DNA of 62,540 nt, counting the filler. It is 4 parts of 4 records of this genome, joined end to end, with 100 filler letters (N's around TTAATTAATTAA, not from the genome) between each part and the next. Parts side by side here need not be neighbours in the genome. Positions count along the whole stretch, not along the records: positions 13,145 to 43,167 come from SRR20825006_1563; 3 more parts are not named here. One strand, written 5' to 3'. The translations under genes were made by a program, and so were the position numbers. Below the pieces are notes generated by a model, which had not been told where the DNA came from, searched no databases, and saw nothing but the letters and a program-made list of their open reading frames with translations. This document shows, one piece after another, positions 20,293-30,779 of this stretch. The stretch's first letter is position 1, and each line of letters begins with the position of its first letter.

Positions 20293-21942
20293 ATGAAACA
20301 AATTAAATTTTTAATAATCGCCTTATTTCTGTTCGTATTTCCAAAGTTTGTATTGTCTCAAAATACAGAATTTGAAACAGATAAATTATATGAAGTAAAA
20401 AGCAATAAACCTGGGTTTTCTGTCGCAGTATTTAAAGGAGACGATATCTTTTTTGAAAAAACATACGGTAACGCAAACCTTAGTTATAATATTCCTATAA
20501 CTAGTGAAACTGTTTTTGACATAGGCTCAATTGCAAAACAATTTACAGCTGCAGCTATACTATTACTAGAAGAAGAAGGAAAGTTATCTATTAAAGACCC
20601 TGCTTATCAATATATTGATAAACTTCCTCGCTATAAAAAAGGAAATCCAACTATTGAGCAATTATTAAATCAAACAAGCGGCATAAAAGAGGTAGATCCT
20701 TATTTAGGTGTAATTGATTTATGGTTTCATGACTATCTAAATCATTCGCAATTGATTAATATAATTACGAAAGTTAAAACACTTCGTTTTACACCTGGAG
20801 CTCACTTTTATTACACAAATGCAAACTACATATTACTAGCTTCTATTATTGAAAAAGCTTCAGGAGAATCTTATAATGACTATTTACAAAAAAATATTTT
20901 TGGACCACTTAAAATGGAACACACCATTTTTAATAATGATTTATATAAAGTTATTAAAAACAGAGCTATAGGCTATACAGAAGAGGAAGGTAAATTCTAT
21001 AACACTCATTTTTATTCTTTAAAATATTCTGGAGATGGACAGATTTTGACCAATACAAAAGATATGTTTAAGTGGCATCAAAACTTAAAAAATGCAGTGA
21101 TTGGAACATCAGAATTATGGAAGAAGATGCATACAAAAGCGAAACTAAATGATAGTACAGAAATAAATTTTGGATTAGGGGTAGAATTCGAAACTCACAA
21201 TGGTTACAAAGCTGTTGGGTTTGATGGTATGAGTGTAGGGGGTTTTGTCTCTAAATATTTGTACTTCCCAAAACTAGATACAGCCATTTTTACCTCACAA
21301 AACACATTTAATTGGGATTTTAGAGAACGCTTTTTTCAGTTTGTAGATTTGTTTATTCCTGAAGTAGAATCTAAAAATAAAGCTTCAAAATACAAAGAAA
21401 TAGAACTCTCAAATAATGAATTAAGGAAATATGAAGGAAATTATTTATTCTATTTTAATGATATAGACAGAAAAGCAAATGCTATAAAACTAAAAGGGAA
21501 TACACTTTCAGTGCTAACACTGGATGGGGATGAAATTGTAAAATTGATTCCACTAGGAAACAATAGATTTTTATTCGGAGAAAATGAAAATGCCATAATA
21601 ACGTTCAGCTTTAACCAGAATGAAAAGCAATACACGTATGACGAATTAGAGAATACAACCCCTTGGTTATTTAAAGAGTTTCAACCTTATAATCATTCTG
21701 AAGAAGAGTTAAAAGAGTTTGAAGGACAATATTTCAATAAAGATTTTCAAATCAGTAAAAAGCTTCAGTTAGAAAATGGTAAACTTTATTACTACTACAG
21801 AAACGGGGCTAGTAAAAATATAATGGCATCAATTTCTAAAGATTTGTTAGAAATACCAATAAGCCCGATTCAATTTTTACGAAATAGCAAAAGCGAAATA
21901 ACAGGCTTTGATCTAATGGGGGTCGTATTTGAAAAAATATAA
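20293..21942 (+). CDS. Serine hydrolase, beta-lactamase class C/PBP-like (peptidase S12), with C-terminal extension
   Basis: Signal peptide, FDIGSIAK (SxxK), LLNQTSG, YYTNANY (YxN). Confidence 0.88.
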   Translation: MKQIKFLIIALFLFVFPKFVLSQNTEFETDKLYEVKSNKPGFSVAVFKGDDIFFEKTYGNANLSYNIPITSETVFDIGSIAKQFTAAAILLLEEEGKLSIKDPAYQYIDKLPRYKKGNPTIEQLLNQTSGIKEVDPYLGVIDLWFHDYLNHSQLINIITKVKTLRFTPGAHFYYTNANYILLASIIEKASGESYNDYLQKNIFGPLKMEHTIFNNDLYKVIKNRAIGYTEEEGKFYNTHFYSLKYSGDGQILTNTKDMFKWHQNLKNAVIGTSELWKKMHTKAKLNDSTEINFGLGVEFETHNGYKAVGFDGMSVGGFVSKYLYFPKLDTAIFTSQNTFNWDFRERFFQFVDLFIPEVESKNKASKYKEIELSNNELRKYEGNYLFYFNDIDRKANAIKLKGNTLSVLTLDGDEIVKLIPLGNNRFLFGENENAIITFSFNQNEKQYTYDELENTTPWLFKEFQPYNHSEEELKEFEGQYFNKDFQISKKLQLENGKLYYYYRNGASKNIMASISKDLLEIPISPIQFLRNSKSEITGFDLMGVVFEKI

Positions 21943-22027
21943 TTACTTGGCTAACACCTATAAAACAAACATCAAAAAAAATGATAACAAGGCTTTGACG
22001 CTGCTTAGCCATCTGAAAAAATAAATT

Positions 22028-22717
22028 ATGATAACAATTACAGATTTAGAAAAGTATTATGCAACTGAAGAGGTTCGCACGATTGCATTAAACAAGCTGT
22101 CTTTTAAAGTAAAAGAAGGGGAATTTGTAGCCGTAATGGGACCTTCAGGCTGTGGAAAATCAACCTTACTAAATATTCTCGGCTTACTTGACGATGCTGA
22201 TGGCGGAAGTTTTGTTTTTAATGGAATAGAAGTAGCAGGTTTTAACGAACGTAAACGCGCAGATTTACGAAAGCATAATATTGGGTTTGTGTTCCAAAGC
22301 TTTAACCTTATTGACGAGCTTACGGTTTTTGAAAATGTTGAACTTCCATTAATCTACACGGGCGTTAAACCAGCTGAAAGAAAGGAACGCGTAGATGCTG
22401 TATTAGAAAAAATGCAGATTATGCACCGCAAAAAACACTTTCCACAACAACTTTCTGGGGGGCAACAACAACGAGTGGCTGTTGCGAGAGCAGTGGTAAA
22501 CAATCCAAAATTGATACTAGCCGATGAGCCTACGGGGAATTTAGATAGCAGCAACGGAAACGAGGTTATGGATTTACTCACCGAATTAAATGAGGCTGGA
22601 ACCACAATAATAATGGTAACACACAGTGAGCACGATGCAAAATACAGTCATCGAATTATTAGAATGCTTGATGGGCAGAAAGTTACAGAAAATATTTTGG
22701 CTGAGTTTAAAAGTTAG
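22028..22717 (+). CDS. ABC ATP-binding protein (MacB/LolD-like)
   Basis: [28 protein letters not shown]. Confidence 0.96.
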   Translation: MITITDLEKYYATEEVRTIALNKLSFKVKEGEFVAVMGPSGCGKSTLLNILGLLDDADGGSFVFNGIEVAGFNERKRADLRKHNIGFVFQSFNLIDELTVFENVELPLIYTGVKPAERKERVDAVLEKMQIMHRKKHFPQQLSGGQQQRVAVARAVVNNPKLILADEPTGNLDSSNGNEVMDLLTELNEAGTTIIMVTHSEHDAKYSHRIIRMLDGQKVTENILAEFKS

Positions 22718-22784
22718 AAATTCTTAATATTCAGTTGTTGTATAGTATTCATATTTAACCAATAGCTGCTAAATCTTAAAAATA

Positions 22785-25145
22785 ATGATTAGTAATTATT
22801 TCAAAATAGCTTATAGGAATCTCTTAAAATATAAGGGGTATACTTTTATCAATATTTTTGGTCTTGCCATAGGCATTACCTGTGCGAGCCTAATACTTTT
22901 ATGGATTGAAGATGAAGTAAATTTTGATGAAGCTATTTCTGATAAAGAGTTGGTTTATGCAATTCCAACCAACCAAGAATATGATGGGGAAATTAGCACT
23001 TTCTTTCAAGCAACACCAGGACCTTTGGCGGCTGTTTTAAAAACGGAAATACCTGAAATTGATAAGTCAGCTAGAAAACGTGATGTAAATTTTTTACTAA
23101 GTGTAGCAGAAAACGCTGTTAATAGCATTGGTAGTTATGCTGATGAAGATCTAATTGATATTTTTGGACTTCAATTTATTGCGGGTATTAAAGAAGTTGC
23201 TTTTAAAAACCAAAAATCAATTGTAATAACAAATAAAATTGCAACGATTCTATTTAATAATAGTAATGATGCAATTGGTAAGAATATACAGCTTGACAAA
23301 AAAGAAAGTTATACCGTTACTGGGGTTATAAAAGACTTTCCTGATAATACTAGCTTTCCTTTTTCATGGATTATACCATTTAAAAACTTTACAGATGGTA
23401 AAGAATGGACAAATGGCTATGGCTCAAATTTTACAGATACTTTCGTAAAATTAAAAGCGGATGCAGTAGTTGAAAATGTAAATGAAAAAGTAAAAGCTAT
23501 AATACCCGCAAAATCTGGTGACAACGATGTACAAGCTATTTTATTTTCCGCCAAGGATTGGCATCTACGCGCTAATTTTGAAAATGGTAAAATTGTTGGT
23601 GGTCGTATTGATTATGTGCGTTTATTTAGTTTTATCGCTCTTATAATCTTAATTATTGCTTGCATAAACTTTATGAATTTAGCAACTGCAAGAAGCGAAA
23701 AACGTGCAAGTGAAGTTGGAATGCGAAAAGCTTTAGGTTCTGGCAAAAAACAATTGATTTTTCAGTTTATGACGGAAGCTGTATTAACAGCCTTGCTAAG
23801 TGGTATCCTCAGTATTATATTTCTGATAATCTTAATCCCACAATTTAATGCGCTGATAGGAAAAGATTTAAGTCTTTCATTTGCAAATCCATTTCATATT
23901 TTTCCAATACTTACAATAACACTAATATGTGGATTTATTTCGGGTATTTATCCAGCTTTTTATCTTTCTTCATTTAAACCAATTGAAGTATTAAAAGGGT
24001 CTAGAAAACAGACTGGTAACGCTTCTGTTACTAGAAAAAGCTTAGTGGTAATGCAGTTTTCAGTTTCAATTGTATTTATTATTTGCACCATACTCGTATT
24101 TCAACAAGTTCAACATGTGAAGAATAGAAATTTGGGTATGGATAAAGAAAATTTGATAGAAATTCCAGCTGCAAATGGTACTATTATTCAAAACTTCAAT
24201 GCCATTGAGAATGAACTAAAATCTGCTGGATTAATTGAAAATGCTGGATTGTATAATTCACATATTTTGTCTGCAGGAAATAACACTTCTGGTGTACAAT
24301 GGCAAGGAAAAGCTGAAGATCAGGATATTTTAATTTCATTTAGAACTGTAACACCAAATTTTTTCGAAACAGTAGGTATGAAAATTAAAGAAGGGATTGG
24401 TTTTAGCAATTCTCAGGATACAGATAGCACAAAAGTTATGGTGTCAGAGTCTTTTGCTACACTAATGAACACCGACAATGTTGTGGGTAAAACAATCAAT
24501 TGGAATGATCAAGTTTTTACAATTAGCGGTGTTGTAAATAATTATTTATACGGTGATATGTATGGTAGCAGTGATCCCGTAATGTTTTTTCATCATCGTG
24601 AAGGGGCAGATTATATGTACATCAAACCTTCAGCAGGTGGAAATATTAGCGCAAAGCTTAATGCAATTGAAGCCGTATTTAAAAAACAAAATCCAGGTTT
24701 TCCTTTTACATACAGTTTTGTAGATGAATCTTTTAATGAACGTTTTAAAAATGAACAACTTGTAGAAGATTTATCTCAAATTTTCGCTGTATTGGCAATC
24801 ATTATTTCATGTTTAGGTTTATTCGGGCTTTCAGCATATATGGCCGAACAACGCCGTAAAGAAATTGGAGTTAGAAAAGTATTAGGCGCTAGTATCTTGG
24901 GAATTATAAAACTGCTATCTAAAGACTTTTTAAAACTAGTATTTCTTGCAATAATAATATCAATACCTATTGCTTGGTATGTTATGAAAAATTGGCTTCA
25001 AGGGTATGCTTATAGAATTGAAATAAACTGGATTGTATTTTTCCTTGCAGGAATATTAGCAATTAGTATCGCACTAATAACAGTTAGTTTTCAAGCTATA
25101 AAAGCAGCAATTGCAAACCCAATAAAAAGCTTACGAACGGAATAA
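22785..25145 (+). CDS. ABC permease, duplicated MacB/FtsX type (paralog 1)
   Basis: IACINFMNL..R..EVGMRKALG; EQRRKEIGVRKVLGA; ends ANPIKSLRTE. Confidence 0.93.
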   Translation: MISNYFKIAYRNLLKYKGYTFINIFGLAIGITCASLILLWIEDEVNFDEAISDKELVYAIPTNQEYDGEISTFFQATPGPLAAVLKTEIPEIDKSARKRDVNFLLSVAENAVNSIGSYADEDLIDIFGLQFIAGIKEVAFKNQKSIVITNKIATILFNNSNDAIGKNIQLDKKESYTVTGVIKDFPDNTSFPFSWIIPFKNFTDGKEWTNGYGSNFTDTFVKLKADAVVENVNEKVKAIIPAKSGDNDVQAILFSAKDWHLRANFENGKIVGGRIDYVRLFSFIALIILIIACINFMNLATARSEKRASEVGMRKALGSGKKQLIFQFMTEAVLTALLSGILSIIFLIILIPQFNALIGKDLSLSFANPFHIFPILTITLICGFISGIYPAFYLSSFKPIEVLKGSRKQTGNASVTRKSLVVMQFSVSIVFIICTILVFQQVQHVKNRNLGMDKENLIEIPAANGTIIQNFNAIENELKSAGLIENAGLYNSHILSAGNNTSGVQWQGKAEDQDILISFRTVTPNFFETVGMKIKEGIGFSNSQDTDSTKVMVSESFATLMNTDNVVGKTINWNDQVFTISGVVNNYLYGDMYGSSDPVMFFHHREGADYMYIKPSAGGNISAKLNAIEAVFKKQNPGFPFTYSFVDESFNERFKNEQLVEDLSQIFAVLAIIISCLGLFGLSAYMAEQRRKEIGVRKVLGASILGIIKLLSKDFLKLVFLAIIISIPIAWYVMKNWLQGYAYRIEINWIVFFLAGILAISIALITVSFQAIKAAIANPIKSLRTE

Positions 25146-25201
25146 AAAAAGTGAGCAGTAGCAGCTTTCAGTAAAAAATAACAGCAATTAATCTTTTCAA
25201 A

Positions 25202-27601
25202 ATGATTAGTAATTATTTCAAAATAGCGTGGCGGAATATTCGCGCCAATAAACTTTTTACAGTATTAAATATTGCAGGGCTTGCCATTGGTATGTGTGTA
25301 TGTATCATACTTTTTTCCTTTATAAACACAGAGCTTAGCTTTGATAAGATGTATTCAAATTCAGAAAATATCTATCGGGTAAATATGGAGACTTCGGAAG
25401 AATACGATTTTGAAACTTGGGCAACAATTCCAAATGCTGTGGGACCAGCATTGACGCAAGATATTTCGCAGGTAAAAAAAATGACGCGACTTATAAAAGA
25501 CGACTTTGGAGCAACTGCTTCTTTAAAAATTGGAGATAATAACTTTACTGAAAATGGACTTTATTTAGCAGATTCGACAATTTTTGAAATGTTCGATTTC
25601 AAATTTATCACAGGAAATAGTGAAAATGTTTTCTCGAAACCAAAATCAATAGTGCTTTCAGAGTCAGCAAAAGCGCGTTTGTTTGGCAATAAAGAGGCGG
25701 TGGGGCAACTTATTACTGTAAACAATCGGGACACTTTGCAAGTCTCTGGTGTGTATAAAAACTTGCCCAAAAATAGTGTTTTAGAATGCGATATGATTTA
25801 TAACATTATGGATTCGTGGATGGGGACTAATGTGTATTGGAGCAATGCTAGTTATGAAACTTACATTCAACTGCAAGCAAATGCAAATGCTAAAGATATT
25901 GAAAATCAAGCCAGCAGTTTAATTGATAAATATGTTGACAAAGAAGGTCAATATTTCACAAAATTTTTTCTGCAACCCTTTACTAAAATACACCTTTATT
26001 CAGCTGATGTTAGAGAAGGATATTCATCTAAACTCGGTAATATAACTACGATTAAAAGCCTTCTTTTTCTTTCAATATTAGTGCTTTTCATTGCCTGTAT
26101 TAATTATATGAATCTTGCAACAGCAAATTCTCGTAAACGTGCAAAAGGTATTGGAATGAACAAAGTTTTGGGGGCAAACAGACGCCAAATGCTATCACTA
26201 TTTTATGTAGAAACGGGCATTTTAGTGCTTTTTTCAATAATAATTGGGTACGCTTTATCTTTTATGGCACTTCCATTATTCGAAAGTATTACGGAAAATG
26301 AATTAGCCTTTAAAGATTTACTCGCTGCACCTATTTTAATTGGTTTGCTTGCAATTTGGTTTATGGTAACGCTAGTTGCTGGTAGTTATCCCGCTATTTC
26401 GATGTCAGGAATTTCGCCACTTATACTAGTGAATAAATCTAAGAAAAGAGATTCAGCTTCTGAATTTGTTCGAAAAGGTTTAGTTGTTTTTCAGTTTGCA
26501 TCTTCTATCGTTTTGATTATTGCAGTCACCATTATTCTTCAGCAAATGGCATTTATAAAAAGTAAAAAATTAGGGTATGACCCTAATGGAGTTATTGCTA
26601 TTTCGATTAAATCTGCCGAAAATAGACAACAAATTCAAAGTTTAAAAAAAGCATTAGAAAAGCAGATTGGTGTTGAAAGTGTTGCGGCAGTTCAGTCAAT
26701 GCCAGGGGCAAATGAAAGTGGGCGTTCAGTTCGCAAACTAAGTACTGATAACACAGGAATGCCGATAGCTAGTTGCCGTACCGATGGTGATGTTATTAAA
26801 ACTCTTAAGCTAAAACTACTTGCAGGGAGTGAACTTCCGCAAACCCTTGCAACTGGCGATTCAGTAATCTACACCTTAATAAATGAGAGAATACTAAACT
26901 ACCTAGGCTACCAAAACGCGAATGATGCTGTGGGTAAATTGATTAATACTGAACTTGGCGATAAATCTATAATAACGGGGGTAGTAGAGAATTTTAATTT
27001 CAATTCGCTTAAAGAGGATATTGGAGGCTATATGTATTATAAGTCAACAAGTGCTCCAGAAGGTATTCGGACGCTTTTGGTACGCTATAATACCCAAAAT
27101 CTGCCTCAGTTTATGGAGCATTTGCAAAAAACTTTTACAGGTAACCTACCAAACACAGCTTTCGATTATCAGTTTGTTGACAAACAAGTGGCACATTTAT
27201 ATGCTTCTGAAGAGAAAACAGCGAATACTGCAACCATTTTTTCGGGCTTGGCCATTTTTATAGCCTGTTTAGGCTTGTTTGGTTTAGCCGCTTTCACCGC
27301 TGAGGAGCGTACCAAGGAAATTGGCGTACGAAAAGTTTTAGGAGCTACTGTTGCAGGAATAACTCAGCTATTGTCAAAAGACTTTTTAAAATTGGTATTG
27401 ATAGCATTTGTAATCGCTGCACCCATAGGTTATTGGTTAATGCGTAAATGGTTACTGGATTTTGCATACCGAACAGAAATTAATTGGTGGGTGTTTGCTT
27501 TTGCCGGAATAGCAGCAGTTTGTATTGCTCTTGTAACCGTGAGTTTTCAGGCAATTAAAGCAGCCATCGCCAATCCAGTAAAAAGTTTAAGAACGGAATA
27601 G
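25202..27601 (+). CDS. ABC permease, duplicated MacB/FtsX type (paralog 2)
   Basis: Same architecture; ends ANPVKSLRTE. Confidence 0.93.
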   Translation: MISNYFKIAWRNIRANKLFTVLNIAGLAIGMCVCIILFSFINTELSFDKMYSNSENIYRVNMETSEEYDFETWATIPNAVGPALTQDISQVKKMTRLIKDDFGATASLKIGDNNFTENGLYLADSTIFEMFDFKFITGNSENVFSKPKSIVLSESAKARLFGNKEAVGQLITVNNRDTLQVSGVYKNLPKNSVLECDMIYNIMDSWMGTNVYWSNASYETYIQLQANANAKDIENQASSLIDKYVDKEGQYFTKFFLQPFTKIHLYSADVREGYSSKLGNITTIKSLLFLSILVLFIACINYMNLATANSRKRAKGIGMNKVLGANRRQMLSLFYVETGILVLFSIIIGYALSFMALPLFESITENELAFKDLLAAPILIGLLAIWFMVTLVAGSYPAISMSGISPLILVNKSKKRDSASEFVRKGLVVFQFASSIVLIIAVTIILQQMAFIKSKKLGYDPNGVIAISIKSAENRQQIQSLKKALEKQIGVESVAAVQSMPGANESGRSVRKLSTDNTGMPIASCRTDGDVIKTLKLKLLAGSELPQTLATGDSVIYTLINERILNYLGYQNANDAVGKLINTELGDKSIITGVVENFNFNSLKEDIGGYMYYKSTSAPEGIRTLLVRYNTQNLPQFMEHLQKTFTGNLPNTAFDYQFVDKQVAHLYASEEKTANTATIFSGLAIFIACLGLFGLAAFTAEERTKEIGVRKVLGATVAGITQLLSKDFLKLVLIAFVIAAPIGYWLMRKWLLDFAYRTEINWWVFAFAGIAAVCIALVTVSFQAIKAAIANPVKSLRTE

Positions 27602-27652
27602 AATAGGGAAGTAGGGAATGTTTCAGCTACTAAAGTAAAACACTAAAATAAT

Positions 27653-30073
27653 ATGATTAGGAATTATATAAAAATCGCTTTACGAAATCTTTGGAAGGAT
27701 AGAACTTTTACAGCGCTAAACATCGTTGGTCTAACGGCTGCTTTTGGAGTTGCTTTTTTATTGTGCATGTATGCCTTTTTTGAACTTTCTTATGATAAAT
27801 TTCATAAGAATATTGGTTCTATTTATCAAATTTATACAAACGAGCAAACTAGTAAAGGGGTGGAATCTAGTGAGGCCAACCCAATACCTTTCGCTGAAGC
27901 ATTAAAAGAAGAAGTGCCAGGTGTTGAAAAAATCACGAGGTATGTTACAGGTGGGCCACTACTTACTTACAACGGGAATACGTTTAGATTTGGTACCGCT
28001 TGGGCTGACCCAGCATTTTTTGAAATCTTTTCATTTCCAATTGCCGAAGGAGATGCTGTTAACCCACTTTCAAATAAGTTTTCAATTGTATTGTCTAAAA
28101 AAACTGCTGCGGCCATGTTTGGAAAAGACCCTGCTCTTGGTAAAACCATTAGTATTCAAATGAATGGTGAAGAAGTTCCTGTTACTGTTACTGCAATTAT
28201 TGAAGATATTCCCGCGGCAAGTAGTATTAATTTTGGCGCACTTCTAAATTTTAAAAACTTACCAGATGGTTTTTATGCTGATAATATAGACCGTTGGGAT
28301 GCCCATAACCATCCTGTTTATATGAAATTAGCATCAGGGATTAGTCCAGCACAATTTGAAAAGGCTACAAAAGATTTTTCTTCACTGCATTTTGCAGACG
28401 AAATTGTAAATGCAAAGCGTGACGGGGCACAACCAAATGCGGAGGGTAATTTCAGACAGATAAAATTGCTTCCTGTAGAAAACCAGAGCTTTGTAGTTAT
28501 CAAAGACGGGCTACTTTCTGTAAGTAAAACCCTTCAATATATTGTCCTAGCTATTGCGTTTCTTATTCTTTTTATAGCTAGTGTGAATTTTATAAATATG
28601 AGTCTTGCAAAAAGCGCGCAACGTCTTCGTGAAGTAGGGATGCGCAAAACCTTGGGTGCTGGAAAATCACAATTATTTTTTCAATTTTGGGGTGAAAGCA
28701 TCCTGGTATTTATGCTTGCAGTAGCTCTGGGTGGATTACTTGCATTTTCATTATTAAAACCTTTTCAAACACTATTCGATACACGGGCTTCTTTTATTTC
28801 TATATCCAATCCCTTAATGATTTTTAGTGCAATCATTTCTATATTATTAATCACACTAATTGCAGGCGGTTACCCTGCACTTTTAATGAGCAGACTAGGC
28901 ACATTGCAGGGATTAAAAGGAAAATTGGAGGTGAATGGAAAAAACAGACTCAGAAATGTTTTGATGGTAATACAGTTTAGTATTGCTATTATTTTAATCA
29001 GTGGTACTTTGGTTTTATGGCAACAATTGGACTATTTACGAAATAAAGATCTTGGTTTTAATAAAGAACAGGTTCTTTCATTTCCTTTAAATACAAAGCA
29101 GAATCGCAACAATATACTTCAATTACTTCGAAACGAACTTGCAGCAAACCCAGATATATTAAGTGTAAGCGCTTCCGATAATGTTTTAGGATTGGGTAGA
29201 GATGGATCTAATAGTACATCTGTGCTGGGTTTTGATTATAAAAATAGGGAAGTGTCCACAAACATGCTTTGGGTTGATTATGATTATATCGAAACCTTAG
29301 ACATTAAATTGTTAAATGGAAGAAATTTTAATAGAAGCCATCCAGCTGATAGTCTAAGTGTTTTAATTAATGAAGCGATGGTTAAGGAACTTGGTGAGGA
29401 AAACCCAGTAGGTCTTCGTTTCTTTTTGGCCGATTCTATTCAGTATTCAGTTATTGGTGTTGTAAAGGATTTTAATTTCCAAGAATTGGATAAAGGGGTG
29501 GAGTCTATTACTTTTTTTATGGATGGCAATGCTCCTATGCGGTATGCTTATGTTAAGGTAGCACCAGCAAATCTTTCGCAAACATATGAAGCCGTAAAAA
29601 AAGTTTGGAATAAAATTGAACCAGACACCCAGTTTTTAGGTTCCTATTTAGATGAAAATATAGACAGAACCTTGAACAAGGAACGCACAATGACTACTAT
29701 GATTTCGAGTGGTTCCATTTTAGCAATTATTTTAAGTTGCATCGGACTTTTTGCAATTTCATTATTGGTTGTTTCACAAAGGAGAAAAGAGATTGGTATT
29801 CGAAAAGTAGTTGGCGCCAGTGTAACAACCATTACTGTTTTGTTGGCTAAAGACTTCCTAAAACTGGTGGGAATTTCTTTTATAATCGCTACGCCTATTG
29901 CTTGGTATGCCACTTCACAATGGCTTCAAAACTATGTGTATCGCATTGAATTGAATATTTGGATTTTCTTGGTTGCAGGAATATTAGCTTTAATAATAGC
30001 AGTTTTAACTATTAGTTTCCGCACCATCCAGGCTGCATTGAAAAACCCAGTGGAGAGTTTAAAAACGGAATAA
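27653..30073 (+). CDS. ABC permease, duplicated MacB/FtsX type (paralog 3)
   Basis: Same architecture; ends NPVESLKTE. Confidence 0.93.
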   Translation: MIRNYIKIALRNLWKDRTFTALNIVGLTAAFGVAFLLCMYAFFELSYDKFHKNIGSIYQIYTNEQTSKGVESSEANPIPFAEALKEEVPGVEKITRYVTGGPLLTYNGNTFRFGTAWADPAFFEIFSFPIAEGDAVNPLSNKFSIVLSKKTAAAMFGKDPALGKTISIQMNGEEVPVTVTAIIEDIPAASSINFGALLNFKNLPDGFYADNIDRWDAHNHPVYMKLASGISPAQFEKATKDFSSLHFADEIVNAKRDGAQPNAEGNFRQIKLLPVENQSFVVIKDGLLSVSKTLQYIVLAIAFLILFIASVNFINMSLAKSAQRLREVGMRKTLGAGKSQLFFQFWGESILVFMLAVALGGLLAFSLLKPFQTLFDTRASFISISNPLMIFSAIISILLITLIAGGYPALLMSRLGTLQGLKGKLEVNGKNRLRNVLMVIQFSIAIILISGTLVLWQQLDYLRNKDLGFNKEQVLSFPLNTKQNRNNILQLLRNELAANPDILSVSASDNVLGLGRDGSNSTSVLGFDYKNREVSTNMLWVDYDYIETLDIKLLNGRNFNRSHPADSLSVLINEAMVKELGEENPVGLRFFLADSIQYSVIGVVKDFNFQELDKGVESITFFMDGNAPMRYAYVKVAPANLSQTYEAVKKVWNKIEPDTQFLGSYLDENIDRTLNKERTMTTMISSGSILAIILSCIGLFAISLLVVSQRRKEIGIRKVVGASVTTITVLLAKDFLKLVGISFIIATPIAWYATSQWLQNYVYRIELNIWIFLVAGILALIIAVLTISFRTIQAALKNPVESLKTE

Positions 30074-30093
30074 TACTAAAAGAAATAAAAATT

Positions 30094-30762
30094 ATGCTAC
30101 TAGAATTAAACAACATCTTCAAATGTGTAATCCAAGGTGGAAATCGAATTTTTCTATTGAAAGATATAAATCTGAAAGTTGAAGAAGGCGAGTTTATTTC
30201 AATTATGGGACCATCTGGTTCTGGGAAATCAACACTACTAAATGTTATAGGGATGCTCGATGGTTTTCAGGAAAGAGAATATAATTTTTTAGGTGAACCT
30301 GTTCATGCTATGAAAGATAAAAACCGTTCAAAATTGTATAAAGAATATATAGGTTTTGTTTTTCAAGCGTATCATTTGATAGATGAACTTACGGTTTATG
30401 AAAATATTGAGACCCCACTTCTATACAAAAATGTAAAATCTTCCGAACGAAAAGCACTGGTAGCTGATATTTTAGACAGGTTTAACATTGTAGGTAAAAA
30501 AGATCTTTTTCCGAGTCAGTTGAGTGGTGGGCAGCAGCAATTAGTAGGTATAGCGCGAGCCTTAATTGCAAAACCAAAACTTATTTTAGCGGATGAACCT
30601 ACTGGAAATCTCAATTCAAAACAAAGTGAGGAAATTATGCAACTTTTTAAAGAGCTTAATTATGAAGGGGTTACCATTATTCAAGCGACCCATTCAGAAG
30701 CCAATGCGGCTTATGGTTCACGAACGCTGCATCTTTTAGATGGAGGTCGAAATAATATTTAA
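30094..30762 (+). CDS. Second ABC ATP-binding protein
   Basis: [26 protein letters not shown]. Confidence 0.94.
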   Translation: MLLELNNIFKCVIQGGNRIFLLKDINLKVEEGEFISIMGPSGSGKSTLLNVIGMLDGFQEREYNFLGEPVHAMKDKNRSKLYKEYIGFVFQAYHLIDELTVYENIETPLLYKNVKSSERKALVADILDRFNIVGKKDLFPSQLSGGQQQLVGIARALIAKPKLILADEPTGNLNSKQSEEIMQLFKELNYEGVTIIQATHSEANAAYGSRTLHLLDGGRNNI

Positions 30763-30779
30763 TTCAACTTTTCAAAATC

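Noticed and set aside
20293-21942. Calling the serine hydrolase an antibiotic-resistance beta-lactamase
   Set aside because: SxxK/YxN are shared by many S12 peptidases and esterases; the third motif is atypical (GFDG) and there is a long C-terminal extension.
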